63,564 bases of DNA, filler included, from Octopus bimaculoides (GCF_001194135.2; 4 parts of 4 records of this genome joined end to end with filler, not necessarily neighbours in it), one strand, 5' to 3'. Counted from the first letter of the whole stretch, positions 1 to 12,235 are shown. Numbers and translations: made by a program. Notes: generated from the letters alone by a model not told the origin.

Positions 1-385
1 GGTTCGAGCAGACTACATCCCTGTTCATCGATTAGAGACCGAATGGTGGCTCTGTTACCGCGTTGCGCCTCCGCCACCCGGGCTTCTCGCTCAGCTTCGA
101 TCCCTTCGTTCCTTAAGGCACGCATTTTTGCTCTGACGACGCAACCTTCGTGTTTGGCGTTGAGGTGTTGATCGAGGGCCATCCTCGCAGCCAAAACGTT
201 GGTTGCGCTGCCAGTTGTAAGTGCCTCTTCTAGTTTCTTAACTAAGTCTCCCTCTACTCTATTTCGATCTATCGCTAGTTCTTTACTAAACCTAATAGAT
301 TCCGATTTGATTGCCATTTTCAGGGCAAACCACCAGCGGTTGTTAACGATGGCTCCTGTTAACGCCCTCTTAATTAATTCGCTTG
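1..385 (-). mobile_element. Tx1/L1-clade non-LTR retrotransposon ORF2 fragment (endonuclease-RT linker), 5'-truncated, runs off the window start
   Basis: Minus-strand frame from 380 is stop-free to the edge: ELIKRALTGAIVNNRWWFALKMAIKSESIRFSKELAIDRNRVEGDLVKKLEEAL...KHEGCVVRAKMRALRNEGIEAEREARVAEAQRGNRATIRSLIDEQG. This fits the Tx1/L1 linker pattern W..LK..I....I.FSK ... G..VR......EG ... I..L.d..G. GC-richer than its flanks. Absent from the ORF track (no stop in window). Confidence 0.75.
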
Positions 386-429
386 TTAGGGTTAGGGTTA
401 GGGTTAAGGGTTAAGGGTTAGGGTTAGGG
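386..429 (+). repeat. Interstitial telomere-like repeat (TTAGGG x3, TTAAGGG x2, TTAGGG x2)
   Basis: Read directly from sequence; abuts the LINE fragment on the left and a (TAGA)n tract on the right. Confidence 0.9.
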
Positions 430-612
430 ATAGATAGATAGATAGGTGGATAGATAGATAGATAGACTGACAAATAGATACTGATAGATAGATAGATAGA
501 TAGATAAATGAGTGGATGGATGGATAGATAGATAGATGGATCGATGGATCGATGGCTGCATAAATGGACGGATGGATGGATAGGTAGGTAGACAAATAGA
601 TAAATAGGTAGT
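430..612. repeat. Compound (TAGA)n/(TGGA)n microsatellite
   Basis: Direct reading; source of ORFs 404..658 and 424..693. Confidence 0.95.
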
Positions 613-645
613 TTGGTTGGCTGGTTGGTGTGTTGTTAGTAAGAG

Positions 646-818
646 CAGTGGTCTGCAACTTTTTTTCACTTGCTGTACATTTATATTCTTCACAAAATTC
701 GGCGGAACACCTAAACTAAAAGTATAGAGAAAAAAAAATTAGTATATTCAGGTTACATTGCGGCACACCTTGCATTACGGCACACCTTGCATCGCGGCAT
801 ACCGGTTGCGGGGCACTG
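646..818. mobile_element. hAT-type MITE with perfect 8-bp TSD
   Basis: TIRs CAGTGGTCTGCAAC / GTTGCGGGGCACTG; identical flanks AGTAAGAG at 638-645 and 819-826; three subterminal (G/A)CGGCA(C/T)ACC repeats near the right end. Confidence 0.85.
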
Positions 819-929
819 AGTAAGAGGCTTGGGTTTTGTACAACCTTGAGTCATACCTGTAATAAAAGGGAATAAAACAAAAGAAGATGCTTGGATAATA
901 ACAATAATATAGTTGTTGTCCTCTCCGCA

Positions 930-1110
930 CCACCCTGGCTAATCCAGACCCGGCAGATCTATGACCAAATACATTCTAGCCTTGAGTATCCTGTCCCATT
1001 CTTATGTGTAGGGAACTCAGGATCACATTATCCAAAGTGTCCTTTTTAAAAGAAAGCAAAAAGATGAGAATAGGCTGCAGTGTGATTTCAATGCGATTTG
1101 GGCGAAGTTT
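930..1110 (+). repeat. Unclassified interspersed repeat (related copies near 44690-44870, 45170-45360, 48660-48960 and, inverted, 29040-29200, 45600-45760, 56440-56520)
   Basis: Shared degenerate motifs, e.g. (ga)gcagacct(a)tgatcaaa...cattatccaa...gatttgagggagatttggctgct.tttctagca, seen across the copies. Confidence 0.5.
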
Positions 1111-2046
1111 CTCGGATTAGCCCCATATCACGTAGAGAAAGAAAAGAGTAATGTTTGTGTGTGTGTGTGTGTGTGTAGTCCAGTTGTGTTTCATATAACG
1201 GAAATTACTATTTGAAACATTTTTTTTTTTCGAAATTCCGATTTTCTTTTTACGTTTCCCCATCCCGTCCCCGTAACCATTATTTCCTCTCTCGTGAGTT
1301 GCGAAGCTCCTGATCGGAAACTCTACCGAGATCTGGATTGCATTCCCTAGTTCTATGTACCATGTAAATGCTCTCTCCGTAGGCTCGTAAATAAAACATT
1401 TACATATGTTTTGAGTGTCATTCATACATGAGAAAGAAAGACTGATGTTTCAAGCAGTGCTTTTTTTTTATTGAAAAAACATTGTTTTGTTTTGTCGCTG
1501 TTTAACTTTTCGACCAGAAAAGCCACATTTTAAAATCTTTTTTCACGCCATCCATCCCACATCATTTCTCTCATTCCTTCACTACACTTCTCTCGCTTTC
1601 GCTTTTTTCTGTCTGTCTTTTACTACATTTCTCTTGTGGTGTTTGCCAATCTCTTCAAACGCGATAGCATATAACTGACTGTGTTTCTACCGCTGTATTG
1701 ACTGGGGTGATGATAAGTGATACAGTGCAATTTACACAAAACCTCAGCAGTTGTTTATCTGTAACCGGGAACTATACAAACTTTGTGGACGTTTCACCAC
1801 TTTAGATATACGAAGAGATTACTGTTTAAACATCAGAAAACATCTGTTAAATCTTCTCAGTATAAGGTAGTTGGACTGTTAAGATTATTTTTATAGTGTT
1901 TATTTTATATTAGTATTAATAAGTATTGAAAAACTTTTTTCATAACAAAACTGACTAGTTTTTACTATTCAGCCTTTTAGATCAACCCTTACCAAGAAGA
2001 TCTGTGATTAAAGATGTTCCATCTAGGACCACCCGTTTCATTTTTA

Positions 2047-2200
2047 GGATCTTTCTGAATTGACGGGCACCACTTTTCATTTATGTTTTATGTAGTGTTT
2101 TTGGTACCGAAATACTTTAAAACTTCGTATACTTGTATATTTTGTGTTATAGAACATAAACATTTTTGTATTCGAAGATTATTTTAATATTCAGTTGAAA
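2047..2200. mobile_element. Left arm of the GGATC-terminated TIR element (MITE family)
   Basis: GGATCTTTCTGAATTGACGGGCACCACTTTTCATTTATG... is near-identical to 6287-6430 and homologous to 7206-7350. Confidence 0.75.
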
Positions 2201-2267
2201 TAAATAAATGAATAAATATAAAAATAAACTTACCATGTGACCCAGTGATAATAAGCAGCACCACATC

Positions 2268-2405
2268 CACTAGCGTAGCTAGTGTGTGCCGCCCGGGGTA
2301 GCCCTTCCGTTTGCCGCCCCCAAAATCCACAAAAAACACATACTGCCAAGTGCCGTCCCTTTAAAAGTATCGCCCGGAGCGGACTCCCCACCAGCTAGGC
2401 TAGTG
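2268..2405. mobile_element. Small GC-rich hAT-type MITE
   Basis: TIRs CACTAGCGTAGCTAG / CCAGCTAGGCTAGTG; 8-bp flanks ACCACATC and ACCACACC (7/8 match). Confidence 0.7.
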
Positions 2406-2594
2406 ACCACACCACACCGACGATGCAAACTCTTCAACTTTAGTTCGCTTCCAACCATTAAAAACTTAGATGGTTGACTAGATACCTCAAATCCCTCGAG
2501 CAATGTTGTTACGAACCCTACCATAACGGGATGCCATTTACAGCTGACTGGACTGGAACAATGAGAAATGAAGCTCAAATAACAACGCATCAAA

Positions 2595-2775
2595 GCGGCG
2601 ACCGGACAGAATGCTTCGCGGCATTTCGTCTGTCTTTACATTCTGAGTTCAAATTCCGCCGATGTCGACTTTGCCTTTCATCCTTCCGGGGTCGATAAAA
2701 TAAGTACCAATTCAGTACAGGCTTCGCTGTAATCGACTTACCCGCTGCCTTGTGCCAAAATTTGAAACCAATAAC
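2595..2775 (+). mobile_element. tRNA-derived SINE family A
   Basis: ...TTCTGAGTTCAAATTCCGCCG(B-box)...GTCGACTTTGCCTTTCATCCTTCCGGGGTCGATAAAATAAGTACC core shared by more than 15 copies in the window. Confidence 0.85.
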
Positions 2776-3926
2776 AAAACGCATCGCTCGGGAATCAAAA
2801 CCGCGAACTTGCGAACGTTAGTGCAAGACCCTAACTACTAGGCTACGCATTCTCACATGACTCCCAGTCTTGAATTTGACATTTCGGTAACGAGGAAGAC
2901 GAAATTGTTTATCAATGATTTCTTAACAAGACAAAAAATTTCTTTATGCTTGTGATGTTCAAATATGGATTTTTCTTTCTGTGTGTTTTTTTTTTTTACA
3001 CGTGACTCATCTTATTTAACATGTATACTCAACCAGTTACGCACGAGCAATCAGAAAATAAATATCCCAGGTCAGTTGTGATCGAGCAGATCTGCGTGCT
3101 TTAAGTCTACCCTAATAACAAGTAGTATGAAATTAAATATAGATCACATATATGGTAGATGCAATAGTTATTTGTGTAGAATATGGTCAACTACTAATCA
3201 CATACGTATAGTCATTGTTACTGTAAGACAAAATCATGTAGAAAGCAGTTAGCTGTAATGAAACCGGAGTTCTGTAAAACACGATTCGTAAATATGCGGT
3301 GCTGAGTTCAATTTCATTTGGAGGAAAAGTTAACCAATAAGGCTTTTGTCTTTCATTTACTCAATGTTACAAAATCTAGCGATAATCATTGGTCCTTCTT
3401 TGTGATTTAGAAAAGTATCTTAGCTTTAATGAGAGATTTTGATAATCCAAAGACGGAAGTATAGTCGATATTAAAGTTTAGTATAATATAACCGGCTGGC
3501 TGTATACAGAACCTGAAGAGAAGAAACAGTCGATCCCAACAGAGCACAAACACCAGAAACACGAAGAACCATGTAGATTAACTGTGGACCCGTCAATTTC
3601 CAGGGATAGAAGTTTCAAGAGAAGATAGAAAGAAACGCGGAGGAAGGAAAAAAACAACTTAATTCTCAAAACAAATGTTGGCAGTAGACTGGCAGAACAG
3701 TTAAGGTATCAGACAAAATGTAATATTTATTTCGGTTTTTTACGTTCTGTGTCAAAATCCAGGGAAGTTAACTTTGTTTTTCCGTCTGAGATCAAATAAA
3801 TATCATTTGAGAAGGGGATCAATTTGATCGACTATAGTCAACTTCAAAATTGGCTGTCTTGTGTCTAGCTTAGAAACAGTAGTTTCAAGTTTTGGCACAA
3901 GGCCAGCTAGTTCGAGGGAGAGGAAA

Positions 3927-4137
3927 GGCGGAGTGCTGGCAGAATCGTTAGCAACCGGACAAAATGCTTAAGCGAACGCTTGTCTTCACGTTCTGAGTTC
4001 AAATGCCGCCGAGGTCGACTTTGCCTTTCACCCTTGCGATAAATTTAAGTATCAGTAAAACACTGCGGTCGATGTAATCGACTAGTCTCTTACCCCAAAG
4101 TTTCAGGCCTTGTGCCACTGGTAGAAAGGATTATTAT
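3927..4137 (+). mobile_element. SINE family A
   Basis: GCTGGCAGAATCGTTAGC head, GAGTTCAAAT box, GGTCGACTTTGCCTTTCA core, AGAAAGGATTATTA tail. Confidence 0.85.
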
Positions 4138-5488
4138 AAAGAGAGGTCGACAGAATCGTAGAGCGGCGAAACATAAAGCTTTGCGGTTTTTCATCCTATC
4201 AGGGTCAAGAAAATAAGTATCAAGACTGGGATCAATTTAATCGACTACCTGCCCCCTAAAAATTACTAGCTTATGCCTAAATTGAAAACAGCCGAGGGTT
4301 TTCCATTCACTTTTGCTAATTTCATGATATAACACTTGTGAATTCTCTCTGGATGTTTTCCCTTTAATAAGCAGCTGTGTATCGTTAGTGCGATATAAAC
4401 CAGTAATGTAGCGTGGGTTTGATCCGCTCTGTAACGGCAGCCAAATTACCTGCCTCTTCCTTAAACGTAACATACCTTCGTCTATTAGTAAACACGCATA
4501 TACAGTGGTGGCTGCATTGTTTGTGCTTTGCGCACACCTCACGCTGAGCTGCTGGTAGAGACAGAATTATGAGTTATGAAGAACCTAAAGAGGAATCAAC
4601 CATCTCGACTAACTTGACGTCAATAATAGTTGTACGAAATAAATTTTGGGGTAACAAAGAGACTTTGAAAAGATCGCGAAACACATTTGCGAAACTTCTC
4701 TCACTTCGTGCAATTTACGTACGCCATCAGTATCAACTCGAGTTAATACATGTTTGTAACATAGGCACAAGTCCATACATAAACAGGAGGGGTCGATTTT
4801 AATTGATCAAATCGATATAAGTACTTGACTGGTATTTTATTTTATCGGCTCCCAAAGAGAGACAGGCAAGATTTGAACCTAGAATTTAAAGAGCAAGAAT
4901 AACTACCGCAAGGCATTTTTTTCTTCTTTTTTTTGACGACGCTAACGATTCACTAGAGCTAATAATAGTAGTAATTACTACAAAAAGCAAGGGTGGAGAA
5001 AGTGAATAAATACTGGCGGAGAAAAACAATTGTTTCTAATTTAGGCACATGACCAGCGATTTTGAGGGGGAAAGCGTTAGAATGATTAGGATGATATCGT
5101 TGATCCCAATATTAAATGGTACTTTATTTTATCGACCTCGAAAGGAGGCAAACTAAATTTAACTTTGACGGGATTTTTTCTGACCATTCTGCTACTCCAC
5201 CGTCTTATGCACTGAGAGAAATAACGAATCGTTAATGATATAAATTCATAAGTATGCAACTTAAATTACATTAGTTTAGGTCTTAAGGCTTCATTAAATT
5301 TTTTTTTTTTTATCATAATGAGCATTCATCAGGGAGAGGTTTCAAAATTGTACACGGAGAAATTCTGCCCTCGGCAAGAAATTTTCCCACTCATAAAAAA
5401 TGATGATAAATAAGATTGTATCTCGTAAATTATTATGTAGTCGTGGGAAAGTAATTAAATTTTTGACACCAAACAAATTCGTGCAATG

Positions 5489-5550
<62 letters not shown>

Positions 5551-6106
5551 CGCGCCAAGGATCTATAATCTTTTAAGGGATGTATACATCCTAGTTCTCC
5601 ATTTTGTACCAGTGTTCAGTGGAAACTAAATACTTTAGTTTTGCATTGGTGTATATTGGTATTTAAAATATTTATGAATGAGAAAAAGAAGAAAATAAAG
5701 AAATTGACGTATAGACATCAGTTTATTCAAAGATATTCAAATCAATATAATATGAAATTCTTATCCTTACACCCGTTTCCATATCCAATTAATTCAAGTA
5801 GAGAAATTAAATTAAATCATTATACATTACCAAAACGCACACATCTGTGTTTGTCAAGGCTCAACCAGGAAATTCTCCCCTTATGAAATCACCAATTAAC
5901 CAGTTTCAATACGAACATTTTAAATTAATTTAATTTAATTTCTCTGATTGAATTAGTTGGATATCGAAACAGTTGTAGGGATAAGAATTTCATATTATAT
6001 TGATTTGAATATCTTGGAATAAACTGATATCTATACGTCAATTTATCTATTTACTTTTTTTTTTTCATTCAGATATATGTAGTTCTAGATATACTGTTTA
6101 AAAATG

Positions 6107-6774
6107 GGATCTTTCTGAATTGACGGGCACCACTTGTTTTCTTAAGGAAACACTTTCAAACTTGGGATACTGGTAGAATGTGTCATATAAAACATCTTTT
6201 TCTCTGAGCCTTCTTAACAAAAATTTCTATATTGCAAGTTATAGACGTCAGTGATTGGTTGAAATTACCGAAATACGACAATTTTTGTATCTTTCTGAAT
6301 TGACGGGCACCACTTTTCATTTATGTTTTATGTAGTGTTTTTGCTACCGAAATACTTTAAAACTTCGTATACTTGTATATTTTGTGTTATAGAACAGATA
6401 AAAAATTTTGTATTCGAAGTTATTTCACGTAAAAAAATTGTATTTCGGTTCTCATAAAATTGCTGGCTTTGTGTAAAAATTTGAAACAAATTGCGTCGGG
6501 GAAAATGATTTGCGGTATTTGTTCCGAGTCTTTATATTCTGAGTTCAAATACTGTAGAGGTCAATCAACCTTTGGATCTTTTTTAAAACAGGGGCCACAT
6601 TTTTCATTAATGTTTTACGTAGTGTTTTTGGTACCGAAAGACTTTCAAACTTCGTATACTTATCTATTTTGTGTTATAGAACAGAAAAATATTTTTGTAT
6701 TCGAATTTATTTCATGTAAAAAATTGTCTTATTTCGATAATTTCAACTAATCACTGACGTCTATTCAGTTAAAT
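6107..6774. mobile_element. Cluster of three GGATC-TIR MITE arms (inverted right arm 6107-6290, left arm 6287-6470, left arm 6574-6774 ending at a gap)
   Basis: 6107-6240 is the reverse complement of 11300-11433; the other two arms match 2047 and 7206. Confidence 0.75.
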
Positions 6775-7205
6775 NNNNNNNNNNNNNNNNNNNNNNNNNN
6801 NNNNNNNNNNNNNNNNNNNNNNNNNNNNNNNNNNNNNNNNNNNNNNNNNNNNNNNNNNNNNNNNNNNNNNNNNNNNNNNNNNNNNNNNNNNNNNNNNNNN
6901 NNNNNNNNNNNNNNNNNNNNNNNNNNNNNNNNNNNNNNNNNNNNNNNNNNNNNNNNNNNNNNNNNNNNNNNNNNNNNNNNNNNNNNNNNNNNNNNNNNNN
7001 NNNNNNNNNNNNNNNNNNNNNNNNNNNNNNNNNNNNNNNNNNNNNNNNNNNNNNNNNNNNNNNNNNNNNNNNNNNNNNNNNNNNNNNNNNNNNNNNNNNN
7101 NNNNNNNNNNNNNNNNNNNNNNNNNNNNNNNNNNNNNNNNNNNNNNNNNNNNNNNNNNNNNNNNNNNNNNNNNNNNNNNNNNNNNNNNNNNNNNNNNNNN
7201 NNTTT

Positions 7206-7625
7206 GGATCTTTTTTAAAACAGGGGCCACATTTTTCATTAATGTTTTACGTAGTGTTTTTGGTACCGAAAGACTTTCAAACTTCGTATACTTGTATATT
7301 TTGTGGTATAGAACAGATAATAAATTTTGTATTCGAAATTATTTCACGTTAAAAATTGTCTTATTTCGATAATTTCAACTAATCACTGACGTCTATTCAG
7401 TTAAATACAGTAACTGCTGTGCTGACTGTATTCAGCTAAATAGACGTCAGTGATTGGTTGAAATTACAGAAATACAACTTTAACATGAAATAACTTGCGA
7501 TGTACATTTTTTTGTTAAGAAGGCTAAGAGAAAAAGTTGTTTTGTATGACACATTCTACCAGTGTCCCAAGTTTGAAAGTGTTTCGTTAAGAAAACGAGT
7601 GTTGGCTGTCAAATCACAAAGATCC
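7206..7625. mobile_element. Full-length ~420-bp GGATC...GATCC MITE with internal hairpin
   Basis: Imperfect terminal inverted repeats; inner inverted repeat of about 40 bp (7371-7411 / 7425-7465) around a 13-nt loop; no clear TSD. Confidence 0.75.
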
Positions 7626-7811
7626 TTAGATAGAAATGCCTCAAAGTATTTGTTCGGTCTTCTCAGATCAAATCTCACTGATTTGATTAACTTTGCCATT
7701 CGTCTTTCCGGGGTTGGCTAACCCATTCCCCATAGAATTGCGAGCTTTGTGTCTGAATTAAATATCGGGCCTTATGCCTAGAATAGAAAAGAATATCGTA
7801 GATTCTTTTAA

Positions 7812-8022
7812 AGTGGCGAGCTGTCTGAATTGTTAACACGCCGGGCAAAATGTTTAGCTGTATGTATTTCGTCCGTCTTTACGTTGAATTCAAATTCCGC
7901 TGAGATCGACTTTACCTATTATCCTTCCGAGGTCGATAAAATAAGTACTAGTTGAGTACTGGGGTTCGATATAACCGACTTGCCCCGAAATTTCTGGTCT
8001 TATGTCGAAATTTGAAATCAAT
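7812..8022 (+). mobile_element. SINE family A
   Basis: GTGGCGAGCTG head; GATCGACTTTACCTATTATCCTTCCGAGGTCGATAAAATAAGTACT core. Confidence 0.8.
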
Positions 8023-9002
8023 TTTGTAGATGCCTTTCGGGGAGCTTCACTTGGCCGTCTAGTCTAGAATTTGTAACCAATATCCCACTCCACCCAGCTG
8101 TAAATAGGTGCCATACCACGTATCATAGCCTAGTCGTTCGTTGTAAACAACCAAGAGATGGCATTGTGTGATCGGAGAACGGGTTACTTAGCTTAGAATG
8201 TCGAATTTGCATTCACTATCTTTTGGAGAGGTGGGGAGAAAGAGAAAGAGATGGTGGGGTGTCTTTGGGGGATTAGTAAGGCAGATATGAAGCTAAATGG
8301 TGACCTAATAGCTTGTAATTGGACGACTTTCACTCTTACACCTACCCGCTCACTTACACACAAACACACATCAACCACAATATAAGGAGAGAACTTATTT
8401 GCATGTATATGTAGCTTTAAGAGAGTTGAAATTAAAATGTTGGCACACGTTTTATCGACCCATCAGCGAGGGTTTTGTCATCGGCAATACGAGACACCAA
8501 ATAAGGCACTGCAAATAGTCTAGAGCATTGCACCAATTACACTGCGTGTGTGCGTGCGTGCTGACTTAAAATCTTGATTCACACATCATCATCATCATCT
8601 TGGCAATAACAATATATGGCGTCATCTTGTTTTGTGTCATAGACTAACTCAATAAGTTACAGCTTTGACTGACATAATCTTTTCTATATTATCCTATTCA
8701 CCCCTTTCTCAATAATAATAATAATGATAATAATAATAATAGTTGTCATTGTCATCATCATTATGTTCATCACTAGGACCTTTGACCCGTTAATTCGTAC
8801 TCAATCACTGCTTTATATTCATTCCCTCATCCTTCACGGAACATTATCAAATTTTGTTTTAAAAAGATATGGCTTAAGTATGTTTTAAGCATTTCCTGAA
8901 GGGAAACAACGCAGATCATTATAAATAACTAACTATTGTTCTTACTTATTCACCATCGCCGCCAATGTCGCCGTTATTAACAACATCAACAGTGATGTAA
9001 AT

Positions 9003-9343
9003 ATTTATCTCTTTTCTCTAATTCTTTGTTCATCTCCCACCTCTAACCTTACAATTGACGTTGGAATTTCAACTTTTTTCTTTTCTTTTTTGTAGTGGGT
9101 GGTGGTGGTGGAGTTTCCGCTAGCTTTTGAAATATTTCTCTTTCTGCTGTCACATCTTTCTGTCCTTGTCTTTTCTCTACCACTTATCTCTCTTTCTCCT
9201 CCTCTTTCTCTACACCCTCCTCTTCCGTCCATTCGTTAAATAACTTATCTCCACTTCTGCCCTTTTCTCCACAAATGCTCTGCCATTCTAATGACCCCCC
9301 CCCATTCTTTCTCTTTCTCGTTTTCACTTTGCCTTCCTCTCCC

Positions 9344-9387
<44 letters not shown>

Positions 9388-10035
9388 TCTTTATCTTTCT
9401 CTGTATTATTCTACATTACTGTCTTCCTTATATCTCTTTTATTCTTATCTCCCTCCCTATTTCTTCCTTCTACTACCACCTCTCCCTCATCCTGCTGCTG
9501 TTTTCCCCTCTTTCCTCACACATACACTCTCTCATTTCATTGATCTTTCATTCTATCTATCACAAAACTATCTCTCTATTACTTTCTTAATTTCTCACTC
9601 TACTAAATTAATGTTATTCCCCTGCTACTCCTCACTCCCTAATTTTTGGTCTACCCACTTCATTATTTATCAGTGTTATCTTTCGCTATCTCCATTGTTT
9701 TCCCTTAACTTTCCTCATTGTTTTACTATTCCACTTTTCACCCCGTTCTCTTGTTGCTCTACTTTTCTTATGGTCTCTGGCAATCTATCTAGTTTTATCC
9801 CTCTTCTTTCTCTTTTTTTTTTCTGTCATATCTCTGTTATCACCCTCTTAAAATGTTCTCTATCTCTTACTCCTTTCTCAATTCACATATATTTCCCTCT
9901 AAAATTTCTTTACCGTATCTCTTTTATTTCTCTCTATTTCAATAACATTTCTTTTCCTCTCCTATTGTCTATCTTTATATCGTTGTATCCTTATATATTC
10001 GATTATTTTTCTTTTGATTCTACCTTCTACTTTTG
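9003..10035 (+). repeat. Pyrimidine-rich low-complexity tract containing (CT)n
   Basis: Strong C/T bias; gives L/S/F-rich pseudo-ORFs 9275..10036 and 9291..9590. Confidence 0.85.
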
Positions 10036-11118
10036 AATCCCGTTATGGTCTACTTTGCCCTTCATCATCCTTGGATCGATTAATTAAGCACCTCTCAGAA
10101 ATTGAAATCGATCGTAATATACAACACCTTCCCATCCCAGATTTGAGGTCTTGTACCTGTTAGAAATGTTTGGTACGGAAAATATTAATTTAATGCAGGG
10201 AATCTTGTGTGTGTGTGTGTGTGTGTGAGACATACATCTTAAGGACAATCAGTAAGAAACATTTTATAAAATAAAAGCAATTGCTCGAAGTTCCTCGAAT
10301 GAATTACTGCAAATATTCAAATAATTTCTCTTTGAAAAGGTTATAGTCATTTAAATGTAAAAACTGGTGTGGTTTGTAGATGCAGGGAAAAGCTTCTTTC
10401 AAATGTTATTGAAGACACGAGTTTAGTCTTTTTTTTTTTTTGTCACTTTTTTTATTTACATTTTCTCATTAGTTGTTTCATCTCCAAGTCCATTAATGTT
10501 TCTAAACTTTGTGTCCTTTGTGAGTGAACTGCTGTTTGTTTTATTTTTGAAGTAGGCTGCANNNNNNNNNNNNNNNNNNNNNNNNNNNNNNNNNNNNNNN
10601 NNNNNNNNNNNNNNNNNNNNNNNNNNNNNNNNNNNNNNNNNNNNNNNNNNNNNNNNNNNNNNNNNNNNNNNNNNNNNNNNNNNNNNNNNNNNNNNNNNNN
10701 NNNNNNNNNNNNNNNNNNNNNNNNNNNNNNNNNNNNNNNNNNNNNNNNNNNNNNNNNNNNNNNNNNNNNNNNNNNNNNNNNNNNNNNNNNNNNNNNNNNN
10801 NNNNNNNNNNNNNNNNNNNNNNNNNNNNNNNNNNNNNNNNNNNNNNNNNNNNNNNNNNNNNNNNNNNNNNNNNNNNNNNNNNNNNNNNNNNNNNNNNNNN
10901 NNNNNNNNNNNNNNNNNNNNNNNNNNNNNNNNNNNNNNNNNNNNNNNNNNNNNNNNNNNNNNNNNNNNNNNNNNNNNNNNNNNNNNNNNNNNNNNNNNNN
11001 NNNNNNNNNNNNNNNNNNNNNNNNNNNNNNNNNNNNNNNNNNNNNNNNNNNNNNNNNNNNNNNNNNNNNNNNNNNNNNNNNNNNNNNNNNNNNTATATTA
11101 CATTTGTTATCAAGTGCA

Positions 11119-11433
11119 GGATCCTTCTGAATTGACGGGCACCACTTTTCATTAACCCTTACCCTAATCCTAGGGAATAACGAACGATCTTGACACCGGC
11201 AAAAATTATTGTTTACAAAAACAGTAGTAACTGTATTCAGCTGAATAGACGTCAGTGATTGGTTGAAATTACAGAAATATGACAACTTTAACATGAAATA
11301 ACTTGCAATATATAAATTTTTGTTAAGAAGGCTAAGAGAAAAAGATGTTTTATATGACACATTCTACCAGTATCCCAAGTTTGAAAGTGTTTCGTTAAGA
11401 AAACAAGTGGTGCCCGTCAATTCAGAAAGATCC
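11119..11433. mobile_element. Internally deleted GGATC-TIR MITE
   Basis: GGATCCTTCTGAATTGACGGGCACCACTT at 11119 and AAGTGGTGCCCGTCAATTCAGAAAGATCC ending 11433 form a ~28-bp near-perfect TIR. Confidence 0.85.
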
Positions 11434-12235
11434 GAACATTGTAATTATCAGGTTGAAGGTTTCCTGTTGTCGAGGTTTTTAATTTCTGCTGTCTATTGTT
11501 TTTGTAATGTATATTTACAGTTTAGACAACATCAATATTTAGACAATAGAAGGGCGATCGATGCTTACCACGAAGAAACCTAAACGACAATGTGAGACTT
11601 AGTGGTGATATATTTACATCATATCTTCACGAGCCTGTGTGAGGACACAAATTTAGAGACCGTGAAAACTTGTTCACGATTCTCATTTCGTGCATCAATG
11701 ATTGTTTTCCCGTAGAAGCGATTGTTTTCATCTTATTTAAAATAACGTGTACAGTTTTCAAATTATATTAAATATATGTACGTTCTATACATTAGTCATG
11801 TTACGTGCACTGCTGTCGCAATTTACTTTCATTTTTATACGACGGTTACCTGCATGTTAGGTATTCTTCGGATTTCATTTTTAAGCATCTTTTGTAATGA
11901 AAATCCTAAGATTTGTCTAAAATGAGATTTCATTGCGTTTATATTTACAAATAGTGGTGTTATTGTTTGAGTCCATACACGAATTATATTGGATGGTAAG
12001 TTTGAAGATGGGATTATTTTTCAAAATATTTTAATCCACTCAATTGTTCCTGTGTGCCTTTCATAAGGAACAAGTTATCGACATATCGAATATAGATAAT
12101 TTGGTTTTCGGAGAGAACTTGATTTCAATGTTAGCCATGTAGAACGCAAGTAACATATGCCCTGTGCGGCAGCGAAATTGCCCACCCTTTTCCTTAAACA
12201 TAACATACTTTTAACATATTTCTACAATCACCAGT

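Noticed and set aside
4615-4622. Perfect CRE palindrome TGACGTCA
   Set aside because: A single 8-mer is roughly expected by chance in 63 kb, and there is no supporting promoter context.
6574-7404. Apparent ~200-bp direct duplication across the gap (6574-6774 vs 7206-7404)
   Set aside because: Both copies start with the same TTT flank and sit either side of a gap. This may be redundant haplotype or contig overlap, so it is not claimed as a true tandem duplication.
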